Shown here piece after piece: positions 59,829 to 64,000 of a stretch of 64,000 nucleotides of DNA. The notes below the pieces were generated by a model that ran no database searches, was not told the DNA's origin, and saw only the letters and a program-made list of their open reading frames with translations. A program made the position numbers and the translations under genes. The DNA is from an uncultured SAR86 cluster bacterium. Lineage in GTDB: Bacteria; Pseudomonadota; Gammaproteobacteria; Magnimaribacterales; AG-339-G14. The stretch is taken from positions 32,337-96,336 of the forward strand of contig CACHCY010000003.1 in the NCBI GenBank assembly GCA_902578495.1, in the 5' to 3' direction. Numbering within the stretch: position 1 is the first letter of the stretch; each line of letters starts with the position of its first letter.

Positions 59829-60890
59829 CTAGTTAATTGACGTAATAATAATTTCTTTCGAATCTACAGGTAATATAACCATTGTTCCGTCGTCAGATAA
59901 AGTCCAATTTGAAAGAATATCATCTATTCCTCTAGTAAAAATATCTGCAACTAAATCAGTTCTTGGTGCGGGAATTAAATGGTAATAAACAAGATGGCCA
60001 ACGTTTGCTTTTTTCGCTAGATTCGCAACTTCAATAGTGTTGGTATGGTAATTTTGTATATCTACAATAGCAATCCTGGAAGAGGAATTCTCTGGAAGAG
60101 CGTTATACATCATATCTAAAGTTCCTTTATGAAAAGCCTCGTGGAATAAGACATCAACATTCTTTGAATTATTTAAGATTGCTTCAGAGTAAATAGTATC
60201 CCCGCTTAAAACTATAGATCTTCCTTTGTATTCAATCTTAAAGGCTAATGAAGGATCGATTGGTTTGTGGTCAACCAAGAAAGCTGTAATTATAATTCCG
60301 TTAGATTGGTATACAGGAACGCTAAAGTCACTAATTTCGTATCCATCAAAACCTGCCGTCTCTAGAGGAGCAAATTTATCACCATGATGGTCATTACGAT
60401 ATTTCCAATCTAATGAATAAGCTTCAGTAAATCCTTTAAGAACCTGATTTATCCCCTCAGGACCGTACACTTTTAATTTAGACTTTCGACTATTTCCTAC
60501 CCAATTCCACATATGTATTTCAGGAAGTTCAGCGATATGATCAGAGTGCAGATGAGAAATGAAAATACCATTTAATTGGTTCAAGGGAACACGCCAATTT
60601 CTTAAATTATCTATACTTTTATTTCCAACATCAAAAATGAAGGTTTCCTCCCCGGCTTTAATCATTACGCAAGTTTCTGCCCTAGTTGGATGAGGTAGAG
60701 GAGATTTTGAACCGCATACCAAAGCACTTAAAGAATCTTCTTCTGGAAAAATATTTGGTGCGGTGCTTATTAAACTTTGAGCAAGCCGTTGAAACAAAGC
60801 ATCTTGTACGGCTGGCACTCTAGTTAGGAAAAATAGTATTCCAGCGATTATAAAAATAACCAAAATTAAATAGGTAATAATTTTTTTCAT
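59829..60890 (-). CDS. MBL-fold metallo-hydrolase (RNase Z/AtsA-like) with N-terminal anchor
   Basis: SHLHSDH, VDH, SGDT, LFHEA, YHT, YHL.P. Confidence 0.85.
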   Translation of the reverse strand: MKKIITYLILVIFIIAGILFFLTRVPAVQDALFQRLAQSLISTAPNIFPEEDSLSALVCGSKSPLPHPTRAETCVMIKAGEETFIFDVGNKSIDNLRNWRVPLNQLNGIFISHLHSDHIAELPEIHMWNWVGNSRKSKLKVYGPEGINQVLKGFTEAYSLDWKYRNDHHGDKFAPLETAGFDGYEISDFSVPVYQSNGIIITAFLVDHKPIDPSLAFKIEYKGRSIVLSGDTIYSEAILNNSKNVDVLFHEAFHKGTLDMMYNALPENSSSRIAIVDIQNYHTNTIEVANLAKKANVGHLVYYHLIPAPRTDLVADIFTRGIDDILSNWTLSDDGTMVILPVDSKEIIITSIN

Positions 60891-60891
60891 A

Positions 60892-61353
60892 TCAGGATTT
60901 CCTTTTTAAAAGTGAAATAATAAATAAAATTAATAAGAAAGCAGCGACAAAAGGAGCAGATTCAATTCCTGGAGTTGTGCCGGTTTTATATTCAGCTAAA
61001 TTGAGAGGAGAATTTGAAGCATTTATAACTCTAACTGACCACTCAATTAAAAAAACTAAAATAGTTAAAGGTAAGAGGGACTTGTATCTAAAAAGGATTA
61101 CCCAAGCAAAAGCACAAAATAATAATTGAATTAATCCCCATAGCGAAAAAAACGCATAGATAACTGGCATTGGATCAGGTGAGCCATCTATCACTATCAT
61201 ATTTGCTATACCGTGCAGACCAAATTCTACGTAGAAGAGATGAATAATTGATCTCCAGGTCATTAATAAAAGAAAAGGAATAAAAATGTAAACCACCAAT
61301 CTAGAACCAAGATAATTATTATCAGCAATCTTGGGAAACAACATAGCAAACAT
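60892..61353 (-). CDS. Hypothetical 4-TM membrane protein
   Basis: Four hydrophobic segments, RS.IH motif; inside the operon-like run. Confidence 0.65.
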   Translation of the reverse strand: MFAMLFPKIADNNYLGSRLVVYIFIPFLLLMTWRSIIHLFYVEFGLHGIANMIVIDGSPDPMPVIYAFFSLWGLIQLLFCAFAWVILFRYKSLLPLTILVFLIEWSVRVINASNSPLNLAEYKTGTTPGIESAPFVAAFLLILFIISLLKRKS

Positions 61354-61356
61354 GAG

Positions 61357-62442
61357 TTATCCCTCTTTTATGAAATCAATAAGAATATTTGATAGTTTTT
61401 TTGCCTTAGTCCACTGAAAAAAATGCCCTCCTCCTATATTCGGTGCACTTTTTGCATTAGGACACATTTTCAAGACGTCTTTTTCGGCTCCATTTGTAAC
61501 TGGATCATCGCCCGCAAAGACACTTAAAAAAGGTTTCTGCCAACTTTTATAAAATTCTCTTGCTTTCTTTTGCGCATCTAATGATTGATCAGGAATCATC
61601 GGTACATGACTAGGCATAGCTCTTGGACCCATTTTATAGGATGGATCAGGGAATGGTGCTTCGTAGGCTTTATCAAGATTTGATTTAAAAGGAAATAGTT
61701 TTCTTAAGCCAAGTCTAAGAAATATAAAATAAATTAAAAATTTGATGCGTGAGTTTCTTTCCATCATGCTCGTCATCATAAATCCAATGGGAAGATCTTC
61801 GGTATCCCAGCAAAGTTTCTGCCAATACATAAAACTTAAAGCTGGATGATGTGATGAATCGCTACCCGAAATATTTTTACCATCCATTTTTCTTATTTCT
61901 CTTTGCATAGATATTGGATTAAGTTTTATATCACTATTTCTAAAAGCTTTGATTTTATCTATTACGTCTTGAGGTACATCAGGGTTATATGGTAAACCTG
62001 TATTCCCCATGGCTACTTTAAGAAATCTATCTGGTTGGTTAGCAACAACCCTTAGTCCGATAAGGCCTCCCCAATCCTGACCAAAAAAAGTGAGATTATT
62101 TAAATCATTAGCTTTTATCCAATCGGTCATCCAATCCACTTGTCGTTGATAAGAATAGTCTTCTCTTGATGCAGGTTTATCGGATTTACCGTAGCCAGGT
62201 AAATCAGGAGCAACGACTCTTATTCCAGCATCAGTTAGATAAGGAATCATTCTTGAGTACAAATAACTCCATACAGGTTGACCGTGCATCACTAAAAGAG
62301 TTGGACCATCATTTGGACCCTCATCTATATGATGTATTCTCAGATCAGAACCGTCATGAGTTTTTATGACGGTGTAATTAGGTTCATATGGGAAATCTTT
62401 TATGTTTTTAAATCTACTATCCGGAGTCCTTAAAATTTTCAT
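61357..62442 (-). CDS. Haloalkane dehalogenase, DhlA/DhmA-like (HLD-I)
   Basis: LRTPD.RF, HGQPVWSYLY, PDLPG.GKSDKP, QDWGGLIG, YEAPFPD, GHFFQ. Confidence 0.87.
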   Translation of the reverse strand: MKILRTPDSRFKNIKDFPYEPNYTVIKTHDGSDLRIHHIDEGPNDGPTLLVMHGQPVWSYLYSRMIPYLTDAGIRVVAPDLPGYGKSDKPASREDYSYQRQVDWMTDWIKANDLNNLTFFGQDWGGLIGLRVVANQPDRFLKVAMGNTGLPYNPDVPQDVIDKIKAFRNSDIKLNPISMQREIRKMDGKNISGSDSSHHPALSFMYWQKLCWDTEDLPIGFMMTSMMERNSRIKFLIYFIFLRLGLRKLFPFKSNLDKAYEAPFPDPSYKMGPRAMPSHVPMIPDQSLDAQKKAREFYKSWQKPFLSVFAGDDPVTNGAEKDVLKMCPNAKSAPNIGGGHFFQWTKAKKLSNILIDFIKEG

Positions 62443-62445
62443 CTT

Positions 62446-63369
62446 TTAGAACTTTATAGAAGCCATAGAATCACAAATTTCATTAAACTCTGTAATCGTT
62501 TCATTAATAATTATTTCTACTGGTTTTATTTCTTCTATTAATCCTATTGATTGACCTGCCAATGCAGGTGCTGCATTCATATCGCCATCAAAGTATAGAT
62601 TCTTAATTCCAGACATCGCACTCATGTCCATCAGACCATCGTCGTAAATTTTATCTGTAAAATCAGTTTTCAATGCTCTTATGCAAGGTTTAGCTTTTTT
62701 GTTGAGAATATAAGTGCCTTGTTCATTACCATTTACGATCGCGTTTTTAAAATTATCATGAACTGGACTTTCTAAGGATGATACAAATCTTGTACCCATT
62801 TGAATGCCTTCTGCTCCAGCAGCAAATGCAGCTGCCATTCCTCTACCATCTACAATGCCTCCAGCTGCAACAATAGGAAGATCAGTGTGTTTCTTAATTG
62901 ATTGAATTAATACATGAAGTCCAACTTCCTCGGGATTTTTAAATCCGCCCCCTTCTGTCCCCTCTACAACTAAACCATCAACTCTTGCATCAACTGCTTT
63001 CATGGCGCCAGCAAGGCTTGGTACAGCATGAAATACTTTGATATCCGCCTCCTTTAATTTATGTATATATTTGGCTGGATCTCCTGCAGAGGTTGTAACA
63101 AATTTAACATTTTCACCTATAACAACATCAAGCATGCTCTCGTCAGATAAAAATAATATTGGCAAATTAACTCCAAAAGGACTGTTGGTTAATGTAGCCA
63201 TTTTTTTAATTTCTTCTTTGCATTGATCTACCTCACCAGATGAAGTTTCAATAATGCCAAATGCACCAGCATTGGATACTGCTGAAGCAAGGTTGCTTCT
63301 TGCTATCCATCCCATAGGGGCTTGTATTATTGGGTATTTACAACCCAACATTTCAGTAATTCTATTCAT
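62446..63369 (-). CDS. Nitronate monooxygenase/FabK-family flavoprotein 2
   Basis: PIIQAPM, AVSNAG, PFGVN, EGGGFKN, AAGGI.DG, QMGTRF. Confidence 0.88.
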   Translation of the reverse strand: MNRITEMLGCKYPIIQAPMGWIARSNLASAVSNAGAFGIIETSSGEVDQCKEEIKKMATLTNSPFGVNLPILFLSDESMLDVVIGENVKFVTTSAGDPAKYIHKLKEADIKVFHAVPSLAGAMKAVDARVDGLVVEGTEGGGFKNPEEVGLHVLIQSIKKHTDLPIVAAGGIVDGRGMAAAFAAGAEGIQMGTRFVSSLESPVHDNFKNAIVNGNEQGTYILNKKAKPCIRALKTDFTDKIYDDGLMDMSAMSGIKNLYFDGDMNAAPALAGQSIGLIEEIKPVEIIINETITEFNEICDSMASIKF

Positions 63370-64000
63370 TTGATGTCACCAATGATTCGCAATGATTTAA
63401 TTGTAAAAAAGAAAAAACTTCATCTTTTTTATCAGTATCTAGTTTCTCATATTCTTCTTTAATCCATGCTAAACATTTTGCTTGATACGGAAAAGATTTT
63501 TGTTTCCATTTACCTTTATCTAAATCAATTTCCCACTCATCACTGCCTTCTTCAATTGCTTTTTTATTTGCAATCATCGTTGGTACATAGGAAGTACTCA
63601 TCTCTTTGAATAAGTCATGAATTGTCTGAGGAAGATCTGAAAGTGTTAACTTATTTTCTTTAACTTCTAGTCCGCTTCTATCTTCAAGAGATCTAACCCA
63701 TCCAATTACCCTTGGAGCTAATTCATGAGCAATTTTACGAGGCGTTGGATCAAACCCTATAAGTTGAGTGAGCTGTCCATATACAGAAAAATCACATGAG
63801 GATGGAGATGATCCAAGTAAATACGGTTGGATTTTTAAATGATTTTCTAAAATCTCAAGAAAAGATTTATAACTTTGATCAATAAAGGGGGCAGTTTCGT
63901 CGTTAGATCCAACAACCCATAATCTATCTATTTGTCTTTTTGCAAAGTTGTCTTTAAAAAATGCTAGCTCATCATCAGAAATATTATTCATAATTCCTAA
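63362..64000 (-). CDS. Glutathione S-transferase family protein, C-terminal part (starts beyond the window)
   Basis: LE.HL...PYLLG..PS.CDF..YGQL motif of the GST C-domain; frame open to the window edge. Confidence 0.7.
   Translation of the reverse strand, partial: LGIMNNISDDELAFFKDNFAKRQIDRLWVVGSNDETAPFIDQSYKSFLEILENHLKIQPYLLGSSPSSCDFSVYGQLTQLIGFDPTPRKIAHELAPRVIGWVRSLEDRSGLEVKENKLTLSDLPQTIHDLFKEMSTSYVPTMIANKKAIEEGSDEWEIDLDKGKWKQKSFPYQAKCLAWIKEEYEKLDTDKKDEVFSFLQLNHCESLVTSNE

Noticed and set aside
3833-63226. Many 60-105 aa ORFs in the track antisense to, or out of frame within, long genes (e.g. 9488-9727, 33534-33842, 40339-40653)
   Set aside because: They lie within or across well-supported genes, have no motifs or SD, and look like shadow ORFs.
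1-64000. CRISPR arrays, tRNA/rRNA, integrases, transposases, prophage or defence genes, phase-variable homopolymers
   Set aside because: No spaced repeats or recognisable motifs seen; A/T runs match the base composition and do not break reading frames. A small RNA gene could still be missed by eye.

Overview
AT-rich, densely packed chromosomal segment of a streamlined gammaproteobacterium. Gene content and style suggest a marine SAR86-like lineage (inference). 1-23 kb is housekeeping: fabD, TrxB-type ferredoxin-NADP reductase, split metG, mlaA, dusA, nhaB, nudC, rne, rluC, rpmF-fabG-acpP-fabF-mltG-tmk-holB, a glutaredoxin, an AlsT-type symporter and ptrB. 23-35 kb holds three large TonB-dependent receptors and a carboxylesterase. 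35-43 kb is a candidate cAMP/ion-channel signalling cluster: a cyclic-nucleotide-binding K+ channel, a CHASE2 adenylate cyclase, two outer-membrane barrels and a voltage-gated channel with an unusual TYDDW (Ca-type) filter. 43-52 kb has a ceramidase-like protein, three paralogous unknown secreted proteins and an Anbu/ATP-grasp/alpha-E module lacking its transglutaminase. 52-64 kb is a catabolic/detoxification cluster (two GSTs, two haloalkane dehalogenases, two nitronate monooxygenase/FabK-family enzymes, sulfatase, PhoD). Other oddities: RNase E lacks its Zn-link, the rne leader is structured, one terminator appears to double as signal-peptide code, and several genes look leaderless. I saw no rRNA, tRNA, CRISPR array or mobile element. 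All calls come from motif recognition by eye; no searches were run.
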